Notes: a model not told the origin generated them from the sequence alone. Counted from the stretch's first letter, positions 25,932-35,974 are shown. The stretch is 49,629 bases of DNA from Alphaproteobacteria bacterium (GCA_041673665.1 JBAYXF010000002.1:1-49629); one strand, 5' to 3'. Numbers and translations: made by a program.

Positions 25932-27575
25932 TTATTTTAGTCGTCTGATCCTCTTTTCCAAACATCTTTCATTACAGGACAATCCGTCTTCGGATAAAAT
26001 CAAAGCACGTTGATATGCCTCTATAGCGCCCGCTTTATCCCCAATTTCTGTTCTAAGATCGCCCAAGTGTTGAAACAGCGAGGAATTTTCATCGGCCACT
26101 CGCCCTACTCGTTCTAAAATTTCTGATGCGGCAGAAGCACCTTCTTTAGACCAAACAACCATTGCCAATGTATCCCAAGCATCTATATTTGATGGAGAAT
26201 CTTTAATAACGGCCGTTACATATAAATACGCTTTATCTAAATTTTCTTTTTTTTCGGCCCATATTTTTGCCATATTTAATAAAACTTCGGGATTATTTTG
26301 AGTTAAATCCCCAGCCTTTAAAACATCATCTTGGGCTTTATCAAACTTTGAATCGGCCATATAAATTCGCGCCCGAACAAGCAATAAATACGATTTTACT
26401 TTTTCAAATCCTTCTTGTGATAATCCCGGCATTTTTAATACTTTATTTACAGCATCCAATGCGTCATTATACCGGCCTTTTTGCAAATCCATCGCGACTA
26501 ATTTTTGTAATGCTGGGATAAAATATGGATTTTTATCCAACGCTTTATTTAAAATCGATCGGGACTTATTAAATTTCCCGGCTTTTTCAGCATCTTTCAT
26601 CATTACAAATAAATAATACGGACTGTCGGAATTTATTTTTGAAAAATAATCGGCTTGTTCACCAGATTCGGCAACATAAAAATATGTACCCAAATAATAA
26701 TTTATTGCATCGCTGTCACCACCCATGGCCTGGGCCAACCGCATCAACATAAGCGCTGCCCCAGAATAAGACATTGACGGAGTATGAGAAACCGTTTGAA
26801 CCAACCCGAAACAAAGCGCCTTTTTAAAACCTGTAAATTCGGAATAGTCTGCTTTATACGAACTTGCAAAAGCCCCACCTGGCGTTTCAGAAAAATCTTG
26901 ATACAATTCCGCGGCCGCCTTATCAAATCCATTTTTTTCATAAAAAGCTTTTAAATATAGATAATCATTCAAATTAAAAAAGTCTAATGGAACCTTATCA
27001 AAATTTTTTTTTGCTTTAGCTGGTTTTTTAATTTCGGCGTAAACCATACCTGTCGCAAATAATTTCCAGCTTTCAGACGTATTCGTCTTTTTTATAAATT
27101 TAATCGCTTCAGATTCCTTTCCGACCGCAACAGCCGACCATATTCGCACCTGGGCCAATATTTGGGAATTATTCTTGGCGACAATATTATAAACACTCTT
27201 CCAGTCTTCTTCCCTTAGCAGGTATGCTATGCGGGCAATTCGGGCCGGCAAAGTGCTTTCCTTTGCCAATACCTTCCCAGAATAATCAAAATTTCCCGCC
27301 AAAAATTGTCCAATAGCTACGTCGACCTTGATCGGTTTAATATCGGAATCTTTTAATATTTCTGAAAATTTGATTACAGAATCAAAATCATCAATCCAAA
27401 TAGCATGCTTTATCGCCAGATAATTTCCAAATTTGCTTTCTGAATATACATAGGCTTCAGAATTATTGTTATTATGCAGTTGTCCCCACATAACCATAGC
27501 CAAAAATATTATCCCCCCCAGCAACAGAGAGCTGCCAATAATAAACGAATTGTTTTTGTTTCTTGCTTTTTTCAT
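25932..27575 (-). CDS. membrane-anchored TPR-repeat protein
   Basis: N-terminal TM (IIGSSLLLGGIIFLAMVMW) followed by multiple TPR-like A..Y..A repeats through to the C-terminus. Confidence 0.65.
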   Translation of the reverse strand: MKKARNKNNSFIIGSSLLLGGIIFLAMVMWGQLHNNNNSEAYVYSESKFGNYLAIKHAIWIDDFDSVIKFSEILKDSDIKPIKVDVAIGQFLAGNFDYSGKVLAKESTLPARIARIAYLLREEDWKSVYNIVAKNNSQILAQVRIWSAVAVGKESEAIKFIKKTNTSESWKLFATGMVYAEIKKPAKAKKNFDKVPLDFFNLNDYLYLKAFYEKNGFDKAAAELYQDFSETPGGAFASSYKADYSEFTGFKKALCFGLVQTVSHTPSMSYSGAALMLMRLAQAMGGDSDAINYYLGTYFYVAESGEQADYFSKINSDSPYYLFVMMKDAEKAGKFNKSRSILNKALDKNPYFIPALQKLVAMDLQKGRYNDALDAVNKVLKMPGLSQEGFEKVKSYLLLVRARIYMADSKFDKAQDDVLKAGDLTQNNPEVLLNMAKIWAEKKENLDKAYLYVTAVIKDSPSNIDAWDTLAMVVWSKEGASAASEILERVGRVADENSSLFQHLGDLRTEIGDKAGAIEAYQRALILSEDGLSCNERCLEKRIRRLK

Positions 27576-27583
27576 AGTATAAT
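27556..27583 (+). promoter_or_regulatory. sigma70-type promoter of rsmG (TTGTTT-16-TATAAT), 6 nt from the ATG
   Basis: -35 at 27556..27561, inside the first codons of the divergent TPR gene, and -10 at 27578..27583. The ATG is at 27590 with no SD. Confidence 0.45.
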
Positions 27584-27589
27584 CAGTTT

Positions 27590-28177
27590 ATGAAATACCC
27601 AGTCCAAATACAAGAAAAATTTGACCTGTATTCGCAGATTCTGCGAACCTGGCAAAGCAAGATGAACCTGGTTGCCCCCAGCACATTAAACGATGTGCAA
27701 AGACGACATATAGACGATTCAGCTCAATTGGCAGATTATTTACCAAAAAATGTAACCGTTCTGGATATGGGCAGCGGCGCCGGATTCCCATCTGTTGTTT
27801 TGGCAATTTTAGGCTGGCAAGTTATCGCTATCGAATCGATTCGTAAAAAGACAATCTTTCTAGAAGAAGTGAAGTCAAAATTAAACCTAAAAAACCTAAA
27901 AATAATAAATGACAGGGTTGAAAACTACCTGAAACAGATAAAAAACAGCGAAAAAGAGACAATTATCTTTACCGCCAGGGCATTTGCTCCGTTGATAAAT
28001 ATACTGGACTACATTGCCGCATTTGCGTCTTCGGCGTATTTATTAAAAGGCGCAGGAATCCAACAAGAAATTATTACTGCCCAAGAAAAATATAATTTTA
28101 ATTACACCCTATTCCCATCAACAACTGGGGATGGTTTTATCATAAAAATTGACCATTTAAGGCCACGGCGCAAATAA
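27590..28177 (+). CDS. rsmG: 16S rRNA (guanine527-N7)-methyltransferase
   Basis: W....NLV...TL.....RHI.DS.QL and the SAM motif VLDMGSGAGFPSVVLAI. Confidence 0.9.
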   Translation: MKYPVQIQEKFDLYSQILRTWQSKMNLVAPSTLNDVQRRHIDDSAQLADYLPKNVTVLDMGSGAGFPSVVLAILGWQVIAIESIRKKTIFLEEVKSKLNLKNLKIINDRVENYLKQIKNSEKETIIFTARAFAPLINILDYIAAFASSAYLLKGAGIQQEIITAQEKYNFNYTLFPSTTGDGFIIKIDHLRPRRK

Positions 28178-28318
28178 ATTTTGGGTACGAAACATTATTT
28201 GCACGCAAAAAATATTTTTCTCTTTAAAATATCACAAAAAAATTACTTTTTTATGTCTTAAAACAACAAAAGTTTATATTAAATATCTTTTATTATTGAA
28301 TATAAAAATAATTAAAAA

Positions 28319-29221
28319 TTACCCCTTAAAAAAAGATGAATTTGATTCATAAAAATTTTCTAAATTTTTTAAATTCAATTTATTTGATCTGGACGTTTTT
28401 ATAATCCATTTTAATGCTGCTAGCCCCTCGATCGTTCCAGATAATTTTTCTTTTTTTCCGATCGATACCCCCGCCGAATAATTTCTGCTTGTTTTGCTGG
28501 ACGCAGTAAGAAACAAATCCCCTACTCCACAAAGCATATTAAAGGTATCCATCTTTGCCCCGAAAAGCCGGCCAAATTGAATAATTTCACGCCAGGCCAA
28601 GGTTAAATTCAAAGCCCTCTCGTTCTCGCCGGCACCCATCGCATCCAAATATCCCAACAATATAGCAATAGCATTTTTTCCAGCGCCGCATATCTGGACA
28701 CCATTAATGTCAGACGTATCTTCTAAATAAATACTGTTTAATGCTTTATGCGCAAAAACCCTGACTTTCGGGGATCCTGCGATGGTGCTGCCGGTCGGTT
28801 TTCCCCTGGCGGCTTCGCCTGCGAATTGCGGCCCTGATAATATACCTATATATTTTTCCGACCCTGGGATAACTTCACTCACGACATCCGATAATAATTG
28901 ATTAGACTTCGGTTCTATCCCTTTAGAACAAATGATTATCGGCTGTTTCTTCCAAAAAGGCCGGGCTTTTTTAATCATATCTTTAAAAAACGCTGTGGGT
29001 GTCACTATTAACCAGCCATCAGTACCGGAAATGTCGGAAATTTTATCTGTTGCTGTTATTTCGTGCGAAATAACGACCCCCGGTAACCTGGAATTCCGGT
29101 GTTTTTGATTAATTTCATCTTTATCATCGTATGCCCATAAAACAACTTGGTTTCCAGAATGCGCCGCGATGTTTGCCAAAGCGGTTCCCCAGGCACCCGC
29201 ACCAATTATACCTATCTTCAT
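28319..29221 (-). CDS. gpsA: NAD(P)H-dependent glycerol-3-phosphate dehydrogenase
   Basis: MKIGIIGAGAWGTALA Rossmann N-terminus, ...SKGIE..., ...GPQFA.E.A...P, ...RN...G. The start overlaps the parB stop by 4 nt. Confidence 0.9.
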   Translation of the reverse strand: MKIGIIGAGAWGTALANIAAHSGNQVVLWAYDDKDEINQKHRNSRLPGVVISHEITATDKISDISGTDGWLIVTPTAFFKDMIKKARPFWKKQPIIICSKGIEPKSNQLLSDVVSEVIPGSEKYIGILSGPQFAGEAARGKPTGSTIAGSPKVRVFAHKALNSIYLEDTSDINGVQICGAGKNAIAILLGYLDAMGAGENERALNLTLAWREIIQFGRLFGAKMDTFNMLCGVGDLFLTASSKTSRNYSAGVSIGKKEKLSGTIEGLAALKWIIKTSRSNKLNLKNLENFYESNSSFFKG

Positions 29222-30090
29222 TGTAATTTTCCTATGATTTTTTCAAGTTCACCGCGATTTGTAAAACGCAATATTAATTGCCCTGCGCCATTTCTTTTCA
29301 ATGTTATTTTCGCAACAACCCCTGTGTTTTTCTTGATTTGTTTTTCAATTTCTTGGATTTCTGCACTATTCTGAGGATTTCCAGAAAAAGATCGGCTCTT
29401 TTTGCTTCTCTGTGCTTTCTTTACTAGATCCTCTGTATCTTTCACAGACAAATTCCCGGCAAGTATTTTTTTTGCTAATGCCTCGGGATTTTCTGCAACG
29501 GCCAAAGTTCTGGCATGCGTAGCGGACAATTGTCCATCTATTACCATTTGTTTTATTGATTCTGGCAATGCCGATAAACGCAGGATATTTCGCAAATAAC
29601 TGACCGATTTGCCTATTAAACGGGATACATCTTCGTGAGAATACCCGGCCTTTTTCATTAAATTATCATATGCCGCTGCTTCTTCAATAGCATTCAAATC
29701 AGAACGTTGAACATTTTCAATCAACGCTATTTCAGCTGCACTGTTTTCGTCCAAGTTTTTTACCAATACCGGTATTTCCGAAAGCCCTGCCATTTTACTG
29801 GCGCGCCAACGACGTTCACCAGCAATAATTTCATACTGATTCGACTTCCCTGTAACGCTGCGTACCAAAATCGGCTGCAAAACGCCTTTTTCTCGTATGG
29901 AGTTTGCCAACTCTTCTAATTCCTGGGGGGCAAAAGATTTTCTGGGCTGATCCGGATTTGATTCAATTGCTACAATTGGGATATGCCGAACCGCAACACG
30001 CTCCGCGCCAGACAATACTGAAATTTCCGGCATTACTCCCATTTCTTTTTGTAAATCCGCCAAACCACGACCCAATCCAAATTTAGACAT
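29218..30090 (-). CDS. parB: chromosome partitioning protein ParB
   Basis: GLGRGL..L, ...NPDQPRK.F....L.ELA.SI...G.LQPILVR, ...IIAGERRWRA, and an HTH region. The ATG at 30090 is preceded by AAGGAG. Confidence 0.92.
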   Translation of the reverse strand: MSKFGLGRGLADLQKEMGVMPEISVLSGAERVAVRHIPIVAIESNPDQPRKSFAPQELEELANSIREKGVLQPILVRSVTGKSNQYEIIAGERRWRASKMAGLSEIPVLVKNLDENSAAEIALIENVQRSDLNAIEEAAAYDNLMKKAGYSHEDVSRLIGKSVSYLRNILRLSALPESIKQMVIDGQLSATHARTLAVAENPEALAKKILAGNLSVKDTEDLVKKAQRSKKSRSFSGNPQNSAEIQEIEKQIKKNTGVVAKITLKRNGAGQLILRFTNRGELEKIIGKLQ

Positions 30091-30868
30091 TTGTTTCTCC
30101 TTTATCATCACAGGCATTTACAACCTCGGTGGCCAAACACAAATAAGCCTGGGCACCGGTTGAGTTAAAATCATAGAACAGGGCAGGCTTACCATGACTA
30201 GGAGCCTCTGAAACCCGAACATTTCTGGGTATTATGGTTTTAAATACTTTTTCGCCGAATGTTCCACGAACATCTTCTTCTACAGCCTTGGTCAAACCAT
30301 AACGACGGTCGTACATTGTTAAAACAATACCCAAAATATCCAAATTTGAATTCCATTTTTTCTGAATCTCACTCACTGTATTCATCAAACTTTGCACCCC
30401 CTCTAATGCGAAAAATTCACATTGCAGAGGAATAATCAAAGAATCAGCCGTAGTCAGTGCATTCAATGTCAAAAATCCCAGAGCAGGGGGACAATCCAAT
30501 AAAATATAATCATAATGATCAACGATTGGTGCCAAAGCATCGCGCAAACGATATTCACGATTATCCATATCTAATAATTCTACCTCTACACCGGATAATT
30601 GCTGACTGCTGGGCAAAATATGCATATTTGGAATAGCGGTGGAAAGTATATTATTTGCCGCTGTATCAGTCCCCATAATTACACCATGAACACTTTGTGG
30701 GTGCGAAGCACGCACAAACCCAAGCCCCGTTCCAGCGTTTCCCTGGGCGTCCAGATCTACCAACAAAACCCGGCGTTTTATTGCTGCAAGCGATGCCCCA
30801 ATATTTATTGCGGTTGTTGTTTTACCAACCCCACCTTTTTGATTTGCGAATGCGATTATTTTTGCCAT
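30083..30868 (-). CDS. parA: chromosome partitioning ATPase ParA
   Basis: Deviant Walker A NQKGGVGKTTT, plus VLLVDLDAQGNA and ILLDCPP. Confidence 0.93.
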   Translation of the reverse strand: MAKIIAFANQKGGVGKTTTAINIGASLAAIKRRVLLVDLDAQGNAGTGLGFVRASHPQSVHGVIMGTDTAANNILSTAIPNMHILPSSQQLSGVEVELLDMDNREYRLRDALAPIVDHYDYILLDCPPALGFLTLNALTTADSLIIPLQCEFFALEGVQSLMNTVSEIQKKWNSNLDILGIVLTMYDRRYGLTKAVEEDVRGTFGEKVFKTIIPRNVRVSEAPSHGKPALFYDFNSTGAQAYLCLATEVVNACDDKGETNV

Positions 30869-30889
30869 TTCCTGTTTCCTTTACCACAC

Positions 30890-30916
30890 AAAAATACCCG
30901 AATCCAACGATTCGGG
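30890..30916 (-). terminator. rho-independent terminator downstream of rlmN
   Basis: The minus strand reads CCCGAATC GTTG GATTCGGG followed by TATTTTT. Confidence 0.55.
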
Positions 30917-30928
30917 CAAGGCTAAAAA

Positions 30929-30946
30929 TTATTTCGCGCGAAATAA
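30929..30946. repeat. perfect 18-bp palindrome TTATTTCGCGCGAAATAA (parS-like or terminator stem)
   Basis: It is self-complementary over all 18 nt. The central 16 nt match the parS consensus TGTTTCACGTGAAACA at 12/16 positions, with symmetric substitutions. It lies 61-78 nt upstream of the parA ATG. Confidence 0.4.
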
Positions 30947-30961
30947 CTTTTAATTAATTGA

Positions 30962-32023
30962 TTATACGTTGTTTTTTATACGCAATTGTCCACAGGCGCT
31001 GCCAATATCTGCGCCGCGTTCCCGGCGAATTCGTGCATGAATTCCACTTTTTAATAATATGTCTTGGAATCTATGAACTGTATTTCCGCTGGGGGCAACA
31101 AAATCACGTTCGGACACAGCGTTCCATGGAATTATATTCACCATACAATTTTTACCCTGTAATAGATCGATCAAATCTTTCGCGTCCTGTTCCGAATCAT
31201 TTTTTCCACCCAATAAAATATATTCTATCATCAATTGACGGCCAGTTTTTTCAGAAAATTGAAAAGCAGCATCTAAAACATGGGATAAATCATACATTTT
31301 ATTAATAGGCATCAGTTCGCTGCGCATGCTGCTGACTGCTGCGTGCAAAGAAATAGCCAAATTTATTGGGCGGCCCCATTGACTAAGTTCGTTTATACCT
31401 GGAACTATGCCACAGGTTGAAACAGTTATACGACGCCAACTTATATTTAATTCGGAATTTACGCGTTCCAAAAATCCCTTTAGATTTTCCAGGTTTTGTA
31501 ATGGTTCGCCCGTGCCCATAACAACCAAATGAGACACATCGTTATTATTTGGATCGCCATTTGCACGTGAATTTCCACCATCCCCACGAAGCGCCCACTG
31601 GGCAACCAAAACCTGGGCCATCATTTCGTTTAAGGTTAAATTTCTTTTTAATCCGAGTAATGTACTGGCACAAAATTTACATCCCATGGCACAACCAACC
31701 TGGCTTGATACACAAACGCTGTTTCCATAACTGGTACGCATTAAAACCGATTCTATTAACTCATTATCGTTTAATTTCAGCAAAAATTTTGTTGTTTGTT
31801 CGTCCGAAGATTCCAATTTTTTTACAATTTCACAGGGCAGGGGGGTTGCGGCCTTGTCCAGCTGCATCCGCAGCGATTCTGGCAAATTTTTCATCACAGA
31901 AAAATCCGGCGCGCCGCGATTTAACCATTCGGTTATTTGTTTTGCGCGAAATTTTGGTTGTCCTAAATCCGTTACGAATTTTTCCAGTTCAGATTTTGTA
32001 AGATTAAAAAGGATTTGTTTCAT
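30962..32023 (-). CDS. rlmN: 23S rRNA/tRNA (adenine-C2)-methyltransferase RlmN (radical SAM)
   Basis: Motifs PKFRAKQI..W, CVSSQVGCAMGCKFCAST, MGTGEPL.N, CGQL. Confidence 0.93.
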   Translation of the reverse strand: MKQILFNLTKSELEKFVTDLGQPKFRAKQITEWLNRGAPDFSVMKNLPESLRMQLDKAATPLPCEIVKKLESSDEQTTKFLLKLNDNELIESVLMRTSYGNSVCVSSQVGCAMGCKFCASTLLGLKRNLTLNEMMAQVLVAQWALRGDGGNSRANGDPNNNDVSHLVVMGTGEPLQNLENLKGFLERVNSELNISWRRITVSTCGIVPGINELSQWGRPINLAISLHAAVSSMRSELMPINKMYDLSHVLDAAFQFSEKTGRQLMIEYILLGGKNDSEQDAKDLIDLLQGKNCMVNIIPWNAVSERDFVAPSGNTVHRFQDILLKSGIHARIRRERGADIGSACGQLRIKNNV

Positions 32024-32844
32024 TAAAGCTTGTATTTATCGTCCATAATCACAACAACCGCTTTCCTGCGTAATTGTTTTAATTGCTGATCCCCTTGGAA
32101 CAACGCTTTTTTCCATGTTGCATTACGTTCCAAAATATCATCTAATTGATCGTAATCTTTCATTCTTTTTTTATTACAAATCAAGATCACCGAATCGTCT
32201 TTGCGCGATGACCATTTTAACAAATCTAGTCCGGCCATACGTTCACGGATATCATCAGACAGTTCATATTGTGGGGCGGTTAATTTTTGAGGCGCACCCC
32301 CAAGATTTTCAGCTATATGCATTGCATCATCGCAATCTTTTGGGGCAGTCAAACTTTTTACGACAGATTCTGGTATGTTTAACAAACGAATAAAGGTTAT
32401 TTCTAGTGGTAATCCTTTGGCCCGTTCCAGCCCTGTTGTTTCGCTTGCTATTTCGTCCTTGGTAATGGTTATGGTTGGCATTATTGTCCGCACAATTACC
32501 ATTTGCCAGGCCATATCCGCTTTGACCGCAGATTTTGCCATTTCGCGTTCCGTTTCAGACAAACTTCCCATGTTCATCTGCTTTAATTGCTTGTTTACTT
32601 CATCGTCTGTCGGGACGATTCTAAAGTTTTCAGCATATTTTATTTTTACACTGTCGTCGATGATGTTATTCAACGCGCGTTTGCGATTATCTGTATAATT
32701 ATGTCCCTGGGCAGTCATTAATTTCACCCGCGCTACAATATCTGCATCAGTTATTGGTGTTCCGTTTATAGTTGCGATAACGCTGGCCGCATTCAATGCA
32801 CATGGTATTAAACATAAAACTAAAAGCATAAATATTTTTCTCAT
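32023..32844 (-). CDS. SurA-like periplasmic chaperone (short, at most one degenerate parvulin-like domain)
   Basis: Signal peptide, then a SurA N-domain pattern (VIATINGTPITDADI...R..AL..IID..V). It sits immediately downstream of lptD, as in lptD-surA synteny. Confidence 0.6.
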   Translation of the reverse strand: MRKIFMLLVLCLIPCALNAASVIATINGTPITDADIVARVKLMTAQGHNYTDNRKRALNNIIDDSVKIKYAENFRIVPTDDEVNKQLKQMNMGSLSETEREMAKSAVKADMAWQMVIVRTIMPTITITKDEIASETTGLERAKGLPLEITFIRLLNIPESVVKSLTAPKDCDDAMHIAENLGGAPQKLTAPQYELSDDIRERMAGLDLLKWSSRKDDSVILICNKKRMKDYDQLDDILERNATWKKALFQGDQQLKQLRRKAVVVIMDDKYKL

Positions 32845-32847
32845 TAA

Positions 32848-34872
32848 CTATTTCCCTTCGGTAAGCTTTAATGCGAATTGGAACTTGAATTGTGTGCCAC
32901 CATAGTAGTTTTCTCCATCTTGGTATATACGTTCGGCCCCATCTTCTACATAATCAAACGATATTGTATAGCATGGGTGTTCGTAATACAAGCCCGTGCT
33001 TAAACGTTGAATTCTATCATCAGACAAATTATAAATAACACGTGTTTTTAGTGAAAGTCTATCTGTCAGTTTAATGCCGCCGCCTAATACTGCTTCGCTT
33101 ATTACTCTGTCCAGAACCAACGCACCTGTAAACTGTGTTGCACGAATATAGCCGGCTTCTGCATAATCATTTTCGCCTATGCGTGCCATAGACTCTAAAT
33201 GCCGCAGCCCCATATCATTACTTGAAAATCTAAATCTATTTAAAAAGCTAAAATATTCTCCAGAATAAAGTCCCGCTCTGGCAACATAATCCGACACACC
33301 ATCATGAAATCCGGAATTTGGATCCAAGTTTCCAGGGGTAAAAAAGTCATAGCTTTGCCCGATGAAAATCTCTGAACGCAAATCATTCACTGAAAACGCA
33401 GCCCAGCCCAATCCATAGTCCGCATAATTTCCATTGGTCCAAAGATCATACCCAGATAATCTATTATCAGAAAACAACATTGCATCAGAAAGCAAAGAAC
33501 CAGCTGAATCTGTGTTCACAAACCCAGATGTGCTTAGTCTGCGCTGAACGGTTAATCTGGCCTTGGGCTCGATTATATTAACCCAATTTTCACCATTTTT
33601 TATAAACGGCAACGACCACTCAACATATCCTGATGGTAAAAAGCGTGATTTAACCCCCGAGAAATCATCAGGGACACCATAAATAGGGGTATTTATAAAA
33701 TTATAGGCATCATACCGCGCTGAAGCAGAAAGGGTTAACTTTTGCCCAAGCGGAAGAATCCAAGGCGACACTATTTGTGCAGAACCAATCAATCTTTGGC
33801 TGGTCGAATCGCTGCTGCTGACACCCAAAACATCACCCATGAATGACAAATACGTATTTTCAAATATCGGGCTAGTTTGATAAACCCCATGGATATTAGG
33901 TAAAATATCCCCTGACGGATTAGTATAATTACCACTTAATACACGTAATTCTTGAAAAAAGTGGGCATCCATTGTTGTATAACCGCGGGATGCAAACAAT
34001 TCCAAACGCGCGCCTGAATCTAAATATGGCTGATCATTATAAAAATCATACTGCTGTAAATAAGTTTTATCTGAAGTTCTATCAAAAAACAAATTCAACC
34101 GTGCAATATCCCCCAGCTCTATCAAATCTTTATTAAAAACATGCCATCTGTCCAGGCCCACTTTATTATGAGTATATGAACCTGTGGTTTTTATGCTGGA
34201 CCGCTTCATATTTAAACGGTGTTCTACTTGCCATAAAGCATTTTCGTCGGTCAAATACGAGGCCGTAATAGTTGCATCATGATTATCAGAAAAATTTATA
34301 TAAAAAGGTACATTTACCTGCATTCCCATATTATTTGTAGAATTTAAATACGGAAATAAAAAGCCACTTTTGTATTTTACGCGTGGGTCGGGGTAGCTCA
34401 TATGGGGAAACCAAAAAATCGGGACATCATAAAACCATAAAACAGAATTATAAAAAGTCATTTCCATTTTTGAATCTTCGTGATTCAATTTAGTTGCAGA
34501 TATGCTCCACGCGTCATTAGAATCGCCGCAATTTGCACACGTTGTATAGTTCAAATGTAATGCTGTTGTTTTGTCGCCCTTTTTTTGTATATCTTGGGCG
34601 GTTATTCTTGTTTGTTTTGACAGATACAAAGTTACTTCTTTTCCTGATACATTTGTGTGTTTTTCACCTAAATACGCATCCACTAAATTTATACTTTGGC
34701 CAGATTGACTTGTTATGCTGGTATCGCCACTTGTTTTTATTGCTTTTTTGGTTACATCATATTCTATTTTTGGCGCAACTATTGTTTTAGAGGCATTTGC
34801 ATCTAATCCGACAGCACCGGCAGCAGTACAAAAAAACAAAGAAAAAAGATAAAACGCGTATATTTTTTTCAT
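32848..34872 (-). CDS. lptD: LPS-assembly outer-membrane protein LptD
   Basis: Signal peptide, an N-terminal OstA-like segment, FP......P....SGFL.P, and a large beta-barrel. Confidence 0.88.
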   Translation of the reverse strand: MKKIYAFYLFSLFFCTAAGAVGLDANASKTIVAPKIEYDVTKKAIKTSGDTSITSQSGQSINLVDAYLGEKHTNVSGKEVTLYLSKQTRITAQDIQKKGDKTTALHLNYTTCANCGDSNDAWSISATKLNHEDSKMEMTFYNSVLWFYDVPIFWFPHMSYPDPRVKYKSGFLFPYLNSTNNMGMQVNVPFYINFSDNHDATITASYLTDENALWQVEHRLNMKRSSIKTTGSYTHNKVGLDRWHVFNKDLIELGDIARLNLFFDRTSDKTYLQQYDFYNDQPYLDSGARLELFASRGYTTMDAHFFQELRVLSGNYTNPSGDILPNIHGVYQTSPIFENTYLSFMGDVLGVSSSDSTSQRLIGSAQIVSPWILPLGQKLTLSASARYDAYNFINTPIYGVPDDFSGVKSRFLPSGYVEWSLPFIKNGENWVNIIEPKARLTVQRRLSTSGFVNTDSAGSLLSDAMLFSDNRLSGYDLWTNGNYADYGLGWAAFSVNDLRSEIFIGQSYDFFTPGNLDPNSGFHDGVSDYVARAGLYSGEYFSFLNRFRFSSNDMGLRHLESMARIGENDYAEAGYIRATQFTGALVLDRVISEAVLGGGIKLTDRLSLKTRVIYNLSDDRIQRLSTGLYYEHPCYTISFDYVEDGAERIYQDGENYYGGTQFKFQFALKLTEGK

Positions 34873-35933
34873 TTTTTAAACAACATTAATGTTAAAACAC
34901 CTATCACTATAAACTCTACCCCCGCTAAAACAGTCAGCCCAAAAAGCGATCCAATTATACCGGAAAAGGTCATAAACAAGCCCATGGCAACACCCATACT
35001 TGCTGTAGCAACTAATGGAGAAAAACTTATTCTCCTTCTTAAAAGAGAGGCTTTTAACATAACCAATGCAGCGATTAATACAAATATAATATCCATAAAT
35101 GGCATCAGAAAACGATTTGCCAATTCCGATACTAATAATTTATATTCAGACACTTTAAAGTTGTCTTTGTTACGCACAGCACTAATTAACTGAGCTGTTG
35201 AAATACGTCTGGTCTTGAACGAAAACTTTACCTGTTTATCTGATATGTTCATATCCATATCAAAAGAATCAAAAGTACCAACAACAAATGAATCGCCCAA
35301 AGACTGAACCGAACCATTTGCCATAATAATAGACATTCCACGTGACGTTGATATCAGCTTTCCTTTTTCTGCCAAAGCAATCAACTGATTTTTTGAATTA
35401 CGATTATCAAACAACATCAATCCTGAAATATCCATATTATTAACCTTGTTAACAAATACCACCAGGTTATCAGCCAGCTCGTTAAAAGATGCTTCTTGCA
35501 ACGCAAGATGAGCCAATCCGTATCTCATTTCCCATTGTTTTTTATAAAACCTTTCTTGGGTTGTTGGCACTAGCCAGACACTTAAAATCAAATGTATAGC
35601 TGTCAGAACGCCCGCGAAAAGCAATGCTGATTTAGCAACTCGTGCTGGGGACAATCCAGAGCCAACCATAACCGTTATTTCACGATCTGCTATTAAACGA
35701 TTATAAACAAACATAACCGCTATGAATAAAGCAAACGGAATAATAAGCGTTGCAATAAATGGTATCATCATCATGGTTAAACCCAAAAACCCACCCATAC
35801 TAACATTATATTGAATAAGTATTTTAAGCATGGACAGAATTTGCAACATCCAAGCCAAGCCGGTTAAAACCAGTAACAACATTATAAAAAATGAGGTAAT
35901 TTGCCGCAGTAAATACCCATCTAGAATCTTCAT
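34869..35933 (-). CDS. lptG: LPS export permease, LptF/LptG family
   Basis: MKILDGYLLRQ... N-terminus typical of YjgP/YjgQ permeases, with 6 TM helices and a central periplasmic domain. It overlaps the lptD start by 4 nt. I prefer the ATG at 35933 because the TTG at 35969 lies inside the predicted -35 box. Confidence 0.82.
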   Translation of the reverse strand: MKILDGYLLRQITSFFIMLLLVLTGLAWMLQILSMLKILIQYNVSMGGFLGLTMMMIPFIATLIIPFALFIAVMFVYNRLIADREITVMVGSGLSPARVAKSALLFAGVLTAIHLILSVWLVPTTQERFYKKQWEMRYGLAHLALQEASFNELADNLVVFVNKVNNMDISGLMLFDNRNSKNQLIALAEKGKLISTSRGMSIIMANGSVQSLGDSFVVGTFDSFDMDMNISDKQVKFSFKTRRISTAQLISAVRNKDNFKVSEYKLLVSELANRFLMPFMDIIFVLIAALVMLKASLLRRRISFSPLVATASMGVAMGLFMTFSGIIGSLFGLTVLAGVEFIVIGVLTLMLFKK

Positions 35934-35940
35934 GCTCCAA

Positions 35941-35969
35941 AGTATAATCACAAGGGGAAAAGATTGCAA
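35941..35969 (-). promoter_or_regulatory. sigma70-type promoter of lptG (TTGCAA-17-TATACT), 7 nt from the ATG
   Basis: Minus strand: TTGCAA (35969..35964), a 17-nt spacer, TATACT (35946..35941), TTGGAGC, then ATG (35933). Confidence 0.5.
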
Positions 35970-35974
35970 GAAAG

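Noticed and set aside
28178-28318. 141-bp very AT-rich spacer between convergent rsmG and gpsA, considered as an origin fragment, ncRNA or terminator region
   Set aside because: I could find no DnaA-box-like 9-mers (TTATCCACA or its complement), no stable hairpin and no conserved ncRNA motif. It is probably just a low-complexity convergent spacer.
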